This document shows positions 51,201-59,559 of a stretch of 64,000 nt of DNA, in pieces. Origin of the DNA: Mobula hypostoma (taxonomy: Eukaryota); the NCBI RefSeq assembly GCF_963921235.1, contig NC_086108.1, positions 96,660,001 to 96,724,000 of the forward strand, written 5' to 3'. Every line of letters begins with the position of its first letter. Position 1 is the first letter of the stretch. A program made the position numbers and the translations under genes. Under the pieces are notes generated by a model. The model was not told where the DNA came from. It was given only the letters and a program-made list of their open reading frames with translations, and searched no databases.

Positions 51201-53859
51201 ATAGAGCACATATGTCCAAAGATAAGTTAGCGCGCTTTTATTCTCATATTAATCCTTTTTGTGATAGATGTCCGGGGCAGATAGCCTCTTTAACTCATAT
51301 GTTTTGGTCTTGCCCTACTTTGGAAACTTTTTGGAGAGACATTTTTAATATTATCTCCAAGGTATTGAATATAGATATCTCTCCTCACCCTATTACTGCT
51401 ATCTTTGGACTACCTAAAATTTCCAGTAATCTTTCCCCTTCAGCCCGTAGAATGATTGCATTTCTTACTTTAATGGCGAAAAGATGTATCTTACAACATT
51501 GGAAAGAGCTTAATGCTCCAACTACCTTTTTTTGGTTTTCTCAGACGATATTATGCTTGAATCTGGAGAAAATTAGAAGCAATCTTTATGACTCCTCATT
51601 TAAATTTGAACAGATTTGGAGATCTTTTATTCAATATTTTCATTTAATGTAATATATACCCTTCTTGTTTTTTTTTACTGTTTTTAATGGAGGTCGGGAT
51701 TGAGGACGTGATTTTAAGTTTAACTCTGTTTGGTTTCAAGTTAGCCCATTGCTTTGCTTTGCTTTTAGTTAGTTGCACGGTGGGTTTTTTTTGGGGTTTT
51801 TTTTTTCCTTTTCTCTATTGATATATATATAAAATTAGTATACTATTATGTTACCTTGGTATGTTATGTTTAAATTACATTGTAGTATTTTTTTGTATTA
51901 ATATCTTCTGTAATTTTATTATATTCTAACAGTGTATTAGTGTCTATATGGCTTACCTTTTTGTATACTTATTCAATAAAAAGATTTAAAAAAGAAAGAA
52001 AGCATTCATTTCAAGAGAACTAAAATATAAAAGCAAGGATATAACGTTGAGACTTTATAAAGCACTGGTGAGGTCTCATTTGGAGTATTGTGAGTAGTTT
52101 TGAGCTCAAAACTACTCACAAAGGATGTGCTGAAATTGGAGAGGATTCAAACGACATTCACAAAATGATTCCAGGATTGAATGCTTGTCATATGAAGAAC
52201 ATTTGATGGCTCTGGACCTGTATTCACTAGAATTCAGAAGAAAGAGGAGTAACATCATCATATGGTGAAAAGCCTTGATAGAGTGGATGTGGAGAGGATG
52301 GTTCCAATAGTGGGAGAATCTAAGATCAGGGGACACAGCCTCAGAATGGAGGGTTGTCCTTTTAGAATGGAAATAAGGAGGAATTTCTTTAGCCAGAGAG
52401 TGGTGAATCTCTGTGGAATTCTTTGCCACAGGCAGCTGTGGAGGCCAAATCTGTATGTATATTTAAGGCAGAGGTTGATAAATTCTAGATTGATCAATGT
52501 ATGAAAGGATACAGGGATAAGTCAGGAGATTGGGCTTGAGAGGAAAATTAGATCAGCCATGATAAAATGGTGGAGCAGACACAATGGGCTAAGTGACCTA
52601 ATTCTGCTCCTATATCTTATGGTGTTATGGTCTTTAATAATAACATTTCTGTCATGAATATGATGAAGTAAAACAAGAAAGCAGCAGAAAAGTCCTGATC
52701 ATACAATATTATCATTTGCATAAAATCAAATGTTGTATATATGACATATGCCTTTTAAACATCATACTTCAGATCAAGCAATTGATGTTTATTTTTATTT
52801 AAGCAATCTCCTACAGGAGTGCAAACACCCAATTTCTCCACAGCCTCCCACTTCTGGTCACTAGAGTATTTAAATTTTAAAGTAGCATTTTTGCTGGCTA
52901 TGCTTGCAACTGCTGGGGTTCCACGCTCTGAAATATCCACCCCTAAGCTTCTACATATGTCTTCCCACCTTCTTAGACATCTTACATCATTCAAATTTTG
53001 TTCGATCATCTGCCGGAAGGATCATATTACAATGTCAAATGTGCCATCTAAAATAAGCTGTTGTCAAATGCTTCTCAACATCTAATTTAGCTTTGAATTA
53101 ATGATAGAGAACTTATAATCCTCTTTCTATTAACTATGATACTGCCAATCAATTCATGTGTGCAGAGAGGTTGATTTGAAAAATAAAAGAAAGAGGCTTA
53201 CAAGTTGTTCAAAGACTTGCATTTAAATTGGGCTTAATTTCATAGAGATATCCTAGAGCTTCATGTAACATGAATTATTGAGAAGCAGCATTAATTTGGC
53301 AATGTAGAAAAATATGGCAAAAGAATTTTAAATTGTCTGTTAATAAGATTGTTGCAATAGAGAAGCAGAAATGTTAGTATTAAGTGGAATATATCCCAAT
53401 GAATGTGCACAAAAAACAACAGTATAGATATGGAGCCATCCTTTAAGTATTATATTAACTTATAAAAAATGGACCTTAATGTGTGTCAGTTGAAAGAACT
53501 GGTAAATATTCTTCAGACAGGAAGGGGTAGGATCAATATTGATCTTTCACATTGCTGACTTGACTGGCTTTGGTGAGATCTTAGGTCAATGTTACTTTTG
53601 GGATTATTGACCATGTCTCAATGCAAGCAAGAGTATATTCTATGGTTCAGCAGGAACTTAACTCAACATTTCATAACAGCTGAAGCAGAACAAGCTCAAA
53701 GTAATTTGGTCTTTGGCATGTTTGATCTGTGGACAATAAATGCCAAAATAAAGAGTTTTTTTTATGAGGTAAAGCATAAAGTACGTACCTGTTTCCTTCA
53801 GGTTTTTCAAAAAACAAAGATTCCAAGGGGAGCAAACAATCTTCTTCAAATTCAAGCAT
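3100..53859 (-). CDS. HFM1: HFM1/MER3 meiotic Ski2-like DNA helicase, 5' part (14 coding exons; gene continues past left edge)
   Basis: Spliced exons 53859-53789, 39431-39319, 26311-25981, 22120-21897, 19371-19324, 18838-18768, 10308-10176, 9750-9599, 7908-7831, 6756-6598, 6483-6283, 6189-6101, 3322-3279 and 3201-3100 are all GT-AG and phase-compatible. They give an open 1816-nt frame with FPYFNYIQS, SPTGSGKT, APIKAL, TTPEKWD, LIDEAH, SAT, FCATRK and YHHAG. The N-terminus MLEFEEDCLLPLESLFFEKP resembles vertebrate HFM1 as I recall it. Confidence 0.96.
3279..3322 (-). CDS. HFM1: HFM1 coding exon 13 (RLQKYTNSIKDAKLR)
   Basis: acaatAG acceptor, G|GTAAGT donor, 44 nt. Confidence 0.92.
3615..4445 (-). 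mobile_element. Penelope-like element fragment (GIY-YIG end and pseudo-LTR), degenerate
   Basis: EHL..I....FPVAKYFNS..HS..D..IHGL translation; pLTR similar to 38040-38230. Confidence 0.8.
4730..5640 (+). mobile_element. CR1 LINE 3' fragment interrupted by short repeat tails
   Basis: LVRPHLEYCEQFWAPYLRKD; 3' UTR ending cctatatcttatgatctt. Confidence 0.85.
6101..6189 (-). CDS. HFM1: HFM1 coding exon 12 (FCATRKGVQQSASILAKDARFIMTMEHKQ)
   Basis: ttttAG acceptor, AG|GTAATG donor, 89 nt; motif IV. Confidence 0.95.
6283..6483 (-). CDS. HFM1: HFM1 coding exon 11 (IAEWLSDG...RPVKL...KPTLV)
   Basis: ttctaAG acceptor, G|GTATTC donor, 201 nt. Confidence 0.95.
6598..6756 (-). CDS. HFM1: HFM1 coding exon 10 (AHVVKDESRGATLEVVVSRMK...AVSATIPNVED)
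   Basis: ctactgtAG acceptor, T|GTAAGT donor, 159 nt; end of motif II and motif III (SAT). Confidence 0.96.
7831..7908 (-). CDS. HFM1: HFM1 coding exon 9 (EKWDTMTRKWRDNSLVQLVRLFLIDE)
   Basis: tttttcAG acceptor, G|GTAATG donor, 78 nt. Confidence 0.96.
9271..9334. mobile_element. Tiny hAT-type MITE remnant
   Basis: 8-bp TSD CTCTAAAC at 9263-9270 and 9335-9342; right end GGTTGGGAGCCCCTG (CAGGGG-type TIR). Confidence 0.7.
9599..9750 (-). CDS. HFM1: HFM1 coding exon 8 (MAPIKALCNQRYEDWKEKF...IILTTP)
   Basis: ttttcctAG acceptor, T|GTAAGT donor, 152 nt; motifs Ia and Ib. Confidence 0.96.
10176..10308 (-). CDS. HFM1: HFM1 coding exon 7 (Walker A, LLYGEKNFVICSPTGSGKTVIFELAIVRILMEVPKQWSSIKIVY)
   Basis: tttAG acceptor, A|GTAAGT donor, 133 nt. 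Confidence 0.96.
10410..10940 (+). mobile_element. Second, 5'-truncated copy of the 2080-2752 non-autonomous element
   Basis: Shared blocks catggcagggagagttt, ttgtaactatat..tataattatgtggtt and aaatgacaataaa. Confidence 0.75.
11555..13080 (-). mobile_element. Penelope-like element, degenerate RT/GIY-YIG 3' part and pLTR
   Basis: EEQHLIFHLCSLQ C-terminal motif; pLTR with decayed hammerhead core at about 11636-11670. Confidence 0.8.
13498..13569. mobile_element. 72-bp Tc1/mariner-type MITE
   Basis: TIRs CAGTACTGTGCAAAAGT / ACTTTTGCACAGTACTG, preceded by TA. Confidence 0.75.
13984..15547 (-). mobile_element. Tc1 DNA transposon with long TIRs, transposase pseudogene
   Basis: WSDE, FQQDNDPKH and WPSHGPDLNPIENLW (DDE) fragments in ORFs 14587..14778 and 14177..14575; roughly 200-bp inverted repeats at both ends. 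Confidence 0.93.
17033..17331 (+). mobile_element. L1-clade 3' UTR fragment with TSD
   Basis: TSD GAGATTCCTT (17023-17032 / 17332-17341); AATAAA and A-rich tail; closely similar to 51718-52000. Confidence 0.88.
18768..18838 (-). CDS. HFM1: HFM1 coding exon 6 (PVQFRSIFKEFPYFNYIQSRVLDD, Q-motif)
   Basis: acacAG acceptor after a U12 branch site; T|GTATGT donor; 71 nt. Confidence 0.95.
18839..19323 (-). other. U12-type (minor spliceosome) GT-AG intron of HFM1
   Basis: 5' site GTATCCTTT (19323-19315); branch site TCCTTAAC (18860-18853) close to the AG; no polypyrimidine tract. Confidence 0.93.
19028..19040 (-). promoter_or_regulatory. CTCF-like binding motif
   Basis: CCACTAGATGGCA on the minus strand matches the CTCF core CCASYAGRKGGC. 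Confidence 0.55.
19324..19371 (-). CDS. HFM1: HFM1 coding exon 5 (DVTGKSSGTLRAVTEI)
   Basis: ttcttatAG acceptor; donor GTATCCTTT (U12 type); 48 nt. Confidence 0.92.
19551..19970 (-). mobile_element. CR1 LINE 3' end fragments
   Basis: catagaacatagaa tail; FSQSVVGVWNALP translation. Confidence 0.75.
20638..20685 (+). repeat. Tandem repeat (TATTAGGCAGGA TATTAGGCAGAC)x2
   Basis: 12-bp unit x4 with 24-bp higher-order period. Confidence 0.9.
20905..21828 (+). mobile_element. L2/Rex1-type LINE 3' fragment, degenerate
   Basis: KFADDTT and LNIIKTKKLIVDFKK; 3' tail aataaactgattt. Confidence 0.8.
21897..22120 (-). CDS. HFM1: HFM1 coding exon 4 (RLFRMPTPTK...SFNVK)
   Basis: cttcctgcAG acceptor, G|GTGAGG donor, 224 nt; completes FRKR-LF across the junction. 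Confidence 0.87.
22568..24098 (-). mobile_element. CR1 LINE 3' part, relatively young
   Basis: Long RT ORF segments (PEDWRVTNVTPLFKKG, QHGF, DFQKAFD, FADD); (TTTCTATG) tail. Confidence 0.95.
24500..24825 (+). mobile_element. Non-autonomous Tc1 derivative with hAT-MITE fragment insertion
   Basis: MGKKCDLRDFDRGMTVGAKQGGLSISETADLL (Tc1 HTH start); TIR gtacctaataaagtggcca; CAGGAGTTCCCAACC insert near 24645. Confidence 0.75.
25981..26311 (-). CDS. HFM1: HFM1 coding exon 3 (low-complexity N-terminal region ending SLFRKR)
   Basis: ttttcAG acceptor, AG|GTAGTA donor, 331 nt open in the expected phase; overlaps ORF 25977..26267. Confidence 0.87.
29835..30570 (-). mobile_element. L2/Rex1-type LINE 3' fragment carrying an inverted CR1 piece
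   Basis: IKDSYHPGHAFFSLLPSGRRYRSL; collinear with 36550-37030 except for 30171-30311. Confidence 0.8.
30640..32525 (+). mobile_element. CR1 LINE fragments (APE and RT), degenerate
   Basis: GITESWL and VKFANDTK motifs; similar to 44640-45330. Confidence 0.85.
32546..32821 (-). mobile_element. tRNA-derived HE1-like SINE
   Basis: Head ggcacagtagtatagtggttggc (A box) and GGTTCAATTCCC (B box); CR1-like 3' tail. Confidence 0.8.
33605..34215 (-). mobile_element. L2/Rex1-type LINE RT fragment
   Basis: EWCNNNNLSLNVNKTKELIVDFRRG. Confidence 0.8.
35325..35820 (-). mobile_element. Non-autonomous Tc1 derivative (N-terminal transposase and TIR)
   Basis: GKKCYLSDFDSGMIVGA..GLSISET; QRRMVKLV.ADRKVTVTQI; same family as 24500-24825. 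Confidence 0.8.
36380..37035 (-). mobile_element. L2/Rex1-type LINE 3' end
   Basis: Collinear with 29835-30570 and 58575-59040. Confidence 0.8.
37637..38230 (+). mobile_element. Penelope-like element 3' end with pLTR and 15-bp TSD
   Basis: THFNSTSHSHSDMSIHGLLYCKDEATLRLEEQHLTFRLGSLQPDGMNIDFSNFR* (stop 37800); TSD TGCATAATCACTGAA at 37622-37636 and 38231-38245. Confidence 0.92.
38098..38133 (+). ncRNA. Minimal type I hammerhead ribozyme motif (Penelope-associated)
   Basis: AGTC-CTGACGA-A-GGGT CTCG GCCT-GAAA-CG-TT-GACT: intact core, stems I and II, palindromic stem III. Confidence 0.8.
38540..38725 (-). mobile_element. HE1-like SINE, degenerate
   Basis: ggtcacagggagaacatgtaaaatccacaca block shared with 32546-32821. 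Confidence 0.65.
39319..39431 (-). CDS. HFM1: HFM1 coding exon 2 (RKLVNKETTNWQIAPPPPISEIPTAQELQRELERLRSS)
   Basis: ttttaatAG acceptor, G|GTATAA donor, 113 nt; W..PP..ISEIP..QEL motif of the HFM1 N-terminus. Confidence 0.9.
41114..41745 (-). mobile_element. Internally deleted Penelope-like element: pLTR, short internal segment, pLTR
   Basis: Two near-identical direct pLTR copies (about 41114-41338 and 41508-41745) flank about 170 bp encoding MPTPKKFRSTLRREFSETVSHCSPSVISSALQLFDHILTQTRY. Confidence 0.85.
41606..41641 (-). ncRNA. Minimal hammerhead ribozyme motif, sense to the HFM1 pre-mRNA
   Basis: Minus strand AGTC CTGACGA AGGGTCTCGGCCT GAAA CGTT GACT, identical to 38098-38133. Confidence 0.8.
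41920..43075 (-). mobile_element. Penelope-like element 3' part and pLTR, degenerate
   Basis: GDRFVGHFHSI (GIY-YIG region); ttggaggagcaacaccttatattc; hammerhead stem II deleted near 42020. Confidence 0.82.
46405..47007 (+). mobile_element. Solo LTR (603 bp, probably Gypsy-type) with internal tandem repeat
   Basis: TGTCAC...GCAACA termini; 5-bp TSD CTAGA/CTTGA (one mismatch); TATA-like CATAAAAA near 46510; interrupts CR1 ORF1. Confidence 0.8.
46653..46900 (+). repeat. About 48-bp tandem repeat x5 inside the LTR
   Basis: TGTCAAGATAA at 46653, 46701, 46750, 46798 and 46861. Confidence 0.9.
50889..52000 (+). mobile_element. 5'-truncated L1-clade LINE (ORF2 C-terminal zinc knuckle and 3' UTR)
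   Basis: HFFRYLQVRNF; CDRC...LTHMFWSC (ORF 51116..51652); AATAAA and A-rich tail; TSD AGCATTCATT at 50879-50888 and 52001-52010. Confidence 0.93.
53789..53859 (-). CDS. HFM1: HFM1 first coding exon (MLEFEEDCLLPLESLFFEKPEGN)
   Basis: ATG at 53859; donor AG|GTACGT; 71 nt coding; an acceptor lies just upstream near 53882. Confidence 0.9.
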
Positions 53860-54759
53860 CTTGTATGTGAAATCACTTTCTCTTAATGGGTTAAAATAAA
53901 AGCAAAGTTTATCATTACTTAGTACTAAAGAAAATCAATAAAACAGTATTTAAAAATTGTAGCTACAGTCTCTTGAAAGGAAATGTCGCAGGTTAATATT
54001 TTAGACCATAAATTTATACCTTAATGTCCACCTCTGCTTTATCTCTACTAATGGGGCTGCATTTATTTTTAGGTGTAATTTTCCTAGCAAATGAATAATG
54101 TGGCATTTGCTATTATGAACATAAGGTAAGGGTAGTGAAGCCAAATCACGCAATAATTCTTTTTGACTAGATTCATAACACTTTTGTAGAATAGCATAAT
54201 GTTATGGCACCAATCAGAAATCCTGAGGACATGAATACAAATCCCATTAAACTGTTTAACAGAATACTGTAAAGTGATTTGGGCATGGAATGTCCTAAAA
54301 CTGGCAGGAAAGAATACTGCTGCTTCCTTTTGATCTGGATAGACCAGAAGGCACATAGGTAATTTTCATTTGCATTGAGGAATAAAAAACAAGAGCAGGG
54401 AAAATGGTAAACATTAATATTTTCAGTACTGTAATTCTATTAAACATCACTAGAATTATAGTACTGAATGCAAGCCTTGGTTCCCATATTACAAGAATAA
54501 TGATAGTGCTAGAAAGGACACAGACAAGATTTATAAGGCTTCTACCACATGGAAATTAGGTTGGTTTCTTTGAAGAGGCAAAAGAGAGATTTCATTCAAG
54601 TGTATAAATTTAGGAGGCTTAGAAAGGGTGAATCGGTAAGATGAAGCGGAAAGATTAGAAACTAATGAGTGTAACTGTAAATTAAATGCCTGAAAAATGT
54701 AAGGTTTACTCAGAGTGGGACTTAGTAGTTGAAAAATAATGGAAGCAGAGACTTTTGAC

Positions 54760-55312
54760 ATACTTGAGACTTTGTAAAACACTGGTGAAGCCTCACTTGG
54801 AGTATTGTGAACAGTTTTGGGCCCCTCATCTTAGAAAGGACGTGCTGAAACTGGAGAGGGTTCAAAGGAGGTTCATGAAAATGATCCCAGGATGAACGAT
54901 TGTATTATGAAGAGTGTTTGATGGTTCTGGGCCTGTATTCACTGGAATTCATGAGAATGAGGGGTGACCTCATTGAAACCTATCGAATGGTGAAATCCTT
55001 GATAGAGTGGGTGTGGAAGGATGTTTCCTATAGTGGAAGAGTCTAAGACTAAAGGTCACAGCCTCGAATAGAGGGGTGCCCTTTTAGAACGATGAGGAAG
55101 AATTTCTTTAGCCAGAGAGTAGTGAATCTGTGGAATTCATTGCCACAGGCAGCTGTGGAGGCCTAGTCTTTATATATATTTAAGACAGAGGTTAATAGAT
55201 TCTTCACTGGCATGAAAGGATAGCTGAGAGGAAAAATGGATCAGCCATGATGAAATGGTGGAGCAGACCTGAAGGGCTAATGGCCTAATTCTGCTCCTAT
55301 GTCTTATGGTCT
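54760..55312 (+). mobile_element. CR1 3' fragment
   Basis: cctcacttggagtattgtga block; 3' tail cctatgtcttatggtct. Confidence 0.85.
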
Positions 55313-55404
55313 AAAAAGGACCTAGCATATCATTGCCTCCAGGGCTTTTGACCAAGAGCTGGGAAATAAGGTGGTGGCTCTTTTCAAAAAGCATAGGCCA
55401 AATG

Positions 55405-56175
55405 GGAGGCACTAGAGCACATCCTCAGCAGCTGCGCAAGGGCACTTGGTGAGGGACGGTACAGGTGGAGGCATGATCAGGTCCTGAAGACCATCGCTGA
55501 AGCCGTCAGCGCAGGAGTTGAGTGGGCGAAGTGGTCCCGACCCTCCAAGCAGACAATTGCCTTTGTCAGAACTGGGGAGCAGCCAATACCTGCCAGAAGA
55601 ACATCTGCAGGCATTCTGACCTCTGCAAGGGACTGGCAGCTGTTGGTGGACCTCGAAGGGCAGCTGAAGTTCCCCTACCATATCGCAGCCATCACCCTGC
55701 GACCAGACATTGTCCCAGTGTCTGAGTCTACTAAGCAAGTGGTGCTGCTGGAGCTGACAGTCCCATGGGAAGATAGCTTGGAAGAAGCCTTTGAAAGGAA
55801 GCCCTCCAAGTACGCAGGACTGGTCAACGACTGTCAGCAGGCTGGATGGAGAGCGAGGTGTCTCCCAGTGGAGGTTGGTTGTAGGGGATTCATAGCCCGT
55901 TCTTTAGTTAGAGCCTTCAGCATTTTGGGCATCGAGGGAGAGAGGAAGAGGAGAGCCATCCGCAGTACGACCGATGTGGCAGAGAGGGCCTCAAGTTGGC
56001 TGTGGCTCAAAAGAGGGGAGCCATGGTGTCATACGTAGCTAGCCATCTGGACAGAAGCTGGGGTCTGATCAGCCCCGGCTGGGTCACCTGCAGGAGGTTG
56101 TATGATATTGAAAGACCCAAAACACCCGATGATTCCAGGAACGTCACTGAAGATGTGTCCAGAAGCATCAATAGA
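55405..56175 (+). mobile_element. 5'-truncated RLE-type non-LTR retrotransposon, Hero-like
   Basis: LEHILSSC...RYRWRHDQVL, LRPDIV, LLELTVPWE, K..KY..L and PVEVGCRGF: zinc knuckle end plus restriction-like endonuclease; structured 3' UTR. Confidence 0.88.
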
Positions 56176-56304
56176 TGTATGTACACAGTCCTCATGTTTT
56201 ATAATTCTATTCTTCTGGCATAATGCTGGAAAAGCACTTTTATTTTTTCTCTTTAGTTGCCAGGCATTATAAGACCCAAGGAACCTAGTCAACTGTGTAG
56301 TTAA

Positions 56305-57032
56305 GCACAGAAATGGAGAGAAAATGCAAAAGTCTGAGGTGCAAAGGGAATTGGGAGTCCTTGTGCAGGATTTCCTAAAGATTAATTTGCAGGTTGAGTC
56401 GTGGTAAAGAAAGCAAATGCGATATTAGCATTCATTTCAAGAGGGCTAGAATATAAAAGCAAGGATGTAATGCTGAGGCTTTACAAGACACTGATGAGGC
56501 CTCACTTGGAGTACTGTGATCAGTTTTAGGGCCCTTATCTAATATTAGAGAAGGTTCAAAGGAGGTTCACAAAAATGATTCCAGGTTTCAAAGGCTCATC
56601 ATATGAGCAGCGTTTGATGGCTCTGAGCCTCTGCTCACTGGAATTCAGAAGGAGAGGTGACCTCATTGAAACCTATTGAATGTTGAAAGGCCTCAACAGA
56701 GTGGATGTGGGGAGGATATTTCCTATGGTGGGGTAGTCTAAAACCAGAGGACACAGTCTCAGAACAGAGCGACGTCCATTTAGAGTGGAGATGAGGAGGA
56801 ATTTCTTTAGCCAAAGAGTGGTGAATCTGTGGAATTCATTACCATAGGCAGCTGTGGAGGCCAAGTCACTACAAATATTTAAGGCAGAGGTTGGTAGATT
56901 CTTGATTAGTCAGGCAAGGGATACAGGGAGAAGGCAAGAGATAAGGACTGACAGAGAAAATGGATCAACGATGATGAAATGACAGCAGACTCGATGGCCC
57001 AAATGGCCTAATTCTGTTCCTATATCTTATGG
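56305..57032 (+). mobile_element. CR1 3' fragment
   Basis: Collinear with 50760-50888 plus 52001-52633. Confidence 0.85.
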
Positions 57033-57519
57033 AAAGAGTTGTGCCTCTGAATTTATCTTCCATTCAGAATAAGGATACATCTTTCCTAGCTGTGGGTACT
57101 TTGGTCTGTTTCCAAAATGTAATTCTACCAGAGGCAGAGGACATTACCATAAAATGCATTTGGCTCTACCAATCAGCAAAGTAAGAGCTACACAGCCTCG
57201 TTATTATACTTAATGACAACCACGTTTAAAATTAAAATGGAGTATTAAGGCTAATTGAGTTCAAACTTGAGTTATATACTTTGGAGGTTAAATTACCCTC
57301 TTCTCATTGCCTTTATATTACAGCTAAAAACTGAAAATAGCCTAAGTGAACAGAGAAAAGGTTTGTTTTAATGTTCAATAAATTTTCTTCAGGATTAACC
57401 ATTTGATACTTGCTTAGCAGGTAATCAAAAATTTCCAAATTTCTGGAAATTGGAGAATAGTGGGGACACGAACGACTGTAAGTGCTAAGATCTGGAGCTA
57501 AAAGTAGACTGCTAGAGAA

Positions 57520-57990
57520 GGCCAGCGGGTCGGACAGAGTCCGTGGAGGTAGAGGGAAGTTTGGCGTCGATACTGCTTCAGCAGCATGACGGAGACCGGA
57601 AAATGGTGTCACCGCCGCACCACTACAACAGGGACAAGGCCCCAGCAAAGGGCGGAGCCTGAAGCAGCTGGGATCTGTGGTCGTCAGACGCTTGCCGCTC
57701 CTCAGATTCCCCGCCCACGGCGCCACAATCGCCGCTCACCGAGAGTTAAAGGGCTCGCCGACGCCACCTGGTTTTCTCACTGATAATCTGCGGCACGTCC
57801 TGCAGGGTCAGCCCGCTCTGACCAGGTCTAACCCGGTTTCTCCTCCTGCGCTCGCCGGTCTCCACCAGCCGTAGCGGCGCGCGAACGTCCGCGGCCTTTA
57901 CCCGCGTGTGGACCGCCTTCGCCTTCGCCTTCGCCTTCGCCGCCGCTATTTCACGAGACCGAAGCCCCTCGCTCCCAAACTAGCGCTGGA
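57520..57990 (-). promoter_or_regulatory. CpG island, probable HFM1 promoter and non-coding first exon
   Basis: The most CpG-dense stretch in the window, about 3.9 kb upstream of the ATG exon. Minus-strand donor candidates are G|GTGAGC at 57739 and A|GTGAGA at 57780. It has a GC box (CCCCGCCC) and an E2F-like TTCGCGCGC (57885-57877). Confidence 0.75.
57914..57941 (+). repeat. (CGCCTT)4 microsatellite in the promoter region
   Basis: Direct reading of cgccttcgccttcgccttcgccttcgcc. Confidence 0.9.
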
Positions 57991-58574
57991 TCTGTGGCAC
58001 ACCCATCCGAACAGATATGATTATAACTTCTCATGATCTGTGGTGCCCTATTCTTTAATCAACCCGTCTTCACGACCACTCCTGTGGAATTATATGATGC
58101 GTTCTGCCTGAAAGTTTTCCATTGCACCTGTGCATACATGTGCTTGTGGTACAATAAAATTGACCTTACCTTTGATTTGCATAAATGATTTTTTAAAATC
58201 AAAATTGTGGAAATCAGAAATGAAAAATGCTAGAAAAACTTAGTACCATCTGTGGAAAAAGAAGCAACATGGTCTTGCACGTTTACTGGAGACTGTTTCC
58301 CCCATTTCCCACACACAAATCTTTAAAGAGTAAATGATGAAAGTAATCTGCAGAGTTAAACTTTCGTGCTTCACAGATACTGTCAGATCTGCTTAGTATT
58401 TCAAGCATTTTCTGCTTTTACATATGATAGCAGTCTGTGACACAGACTGGATTGTTCTTGAAGCAAGATCAGAAAATGCCAATGAGGATCATCTGATAAA
58501 CAAGGTTACGTTTAATAACAAATGAGAAAATGTGTAGATTTCTAGCATCTGCAAATTTTCTCTTGTTTGTGGCT

Positions 58575-59040
58575 AGAAAATCAGAATCAAGTTTACTGCT
58601 AGCATGTGTTGTGATTTGTGAAATATGTAGATTTGTGGCAGTAGTACAGTGCAATACATAAAAATACTATAAATCATAATAGTAAATATATACAAAATTG
58701 AATAAGTGTGTGAAAAGAGAACAAAAATAATCGTGATGTAGTGTTTATTGGTTCATTGCCCTTTCAGAAATCTGATGGAGGAGAGGAAGAAGCTGTTCCT
58801 AATGGATTAAGTGTGTGTCTTCAGGCTCTTGTACTTCCCCTCTGATGGTAGTAATGAGAAGAGTGCATGTCCTGGGTGGTGGGAGTCTTTAATGACAGTG
58901 ATCGTCTTTTGAAGATGTCCTTGATGTCCGCTGTGAGGATGCTGCCTTTTGAAGATTTCTCAGTGGTGAGAAGGCTAGTGCTCATGATGGAGCTGGCTGA
59001 GATTACAACACCCTGCAGATTTTTCCAGTTCTGACATTCT
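58575..59040 (-). mobile_element. L2/Rex1-type LINE 3' end
   Basis: tcagaatca tail; collinear with 36380-36800. Confidence 0.75.
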
Positions 59041-59559
59041 TCCGATCCTGAGAGAAAATAAAGTAAATGTTGGAGCTGCTGACAGAGCTTAATAGTTACT
59101 AGAAAATTTAAGCAGTAGAGAGTTATGGAAATATCCAGCATGTGACCAAATGTGGCATCAAGGCACCATGATAAAGCCGGTCATTGGGCATCAAAGTTTC
59201 AGGGCCGGTATGTTTTCAATTACGGATGGGCGATAAATACTGTCCTTGCCAGAAACCCCCAGAATTTGAAAATTAATGAGGAGAAACAGCCAGAAAATCT
59301 GTCAGCATCTACAGAGAGGGTAAAACTGAATTTATCTTGTAGGTGGATGACAATCCATCAGAGATGGCCAACTTTAACAACAAACAGTCCACACTGTCTG
59401 AAATTGCTGAAGTCAATGTATATCCCAATATGTCCAGAGATAAGATGTTTCTCAAGCTTGGGCATTGAAGGAAAAGTGTTGGATGCTAAAGGCAGAGAAA
59501 CAGTTAGAGTGGAAATGGGATGGACAACCTAAGTGACTTGCTGAGTACTTATAACAATT

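Larger units (their letters stand above)
43380..52633 (+). mobile_element. Near full-length degenerate CR1 (copy A: about 43380-45835, 49861-50888, 52001-52633) hosting nested insertions
   Basis: ORF1 SGNH-like VMIGDSLVRGMDRRFCG; APE; sequence broken at aagtattttacat (45835) and resuming gtcttcactgtggaagacac (49861); 3' tail tcttatggtgttatggtctt. Confidence 0.85.

Noticed and set aside
51116..51652. 178-aa ORF as a host zinc-finger gene
   Set aside because: It is the C-terminus of an L1 ORF2, with A-rich tail and TSD
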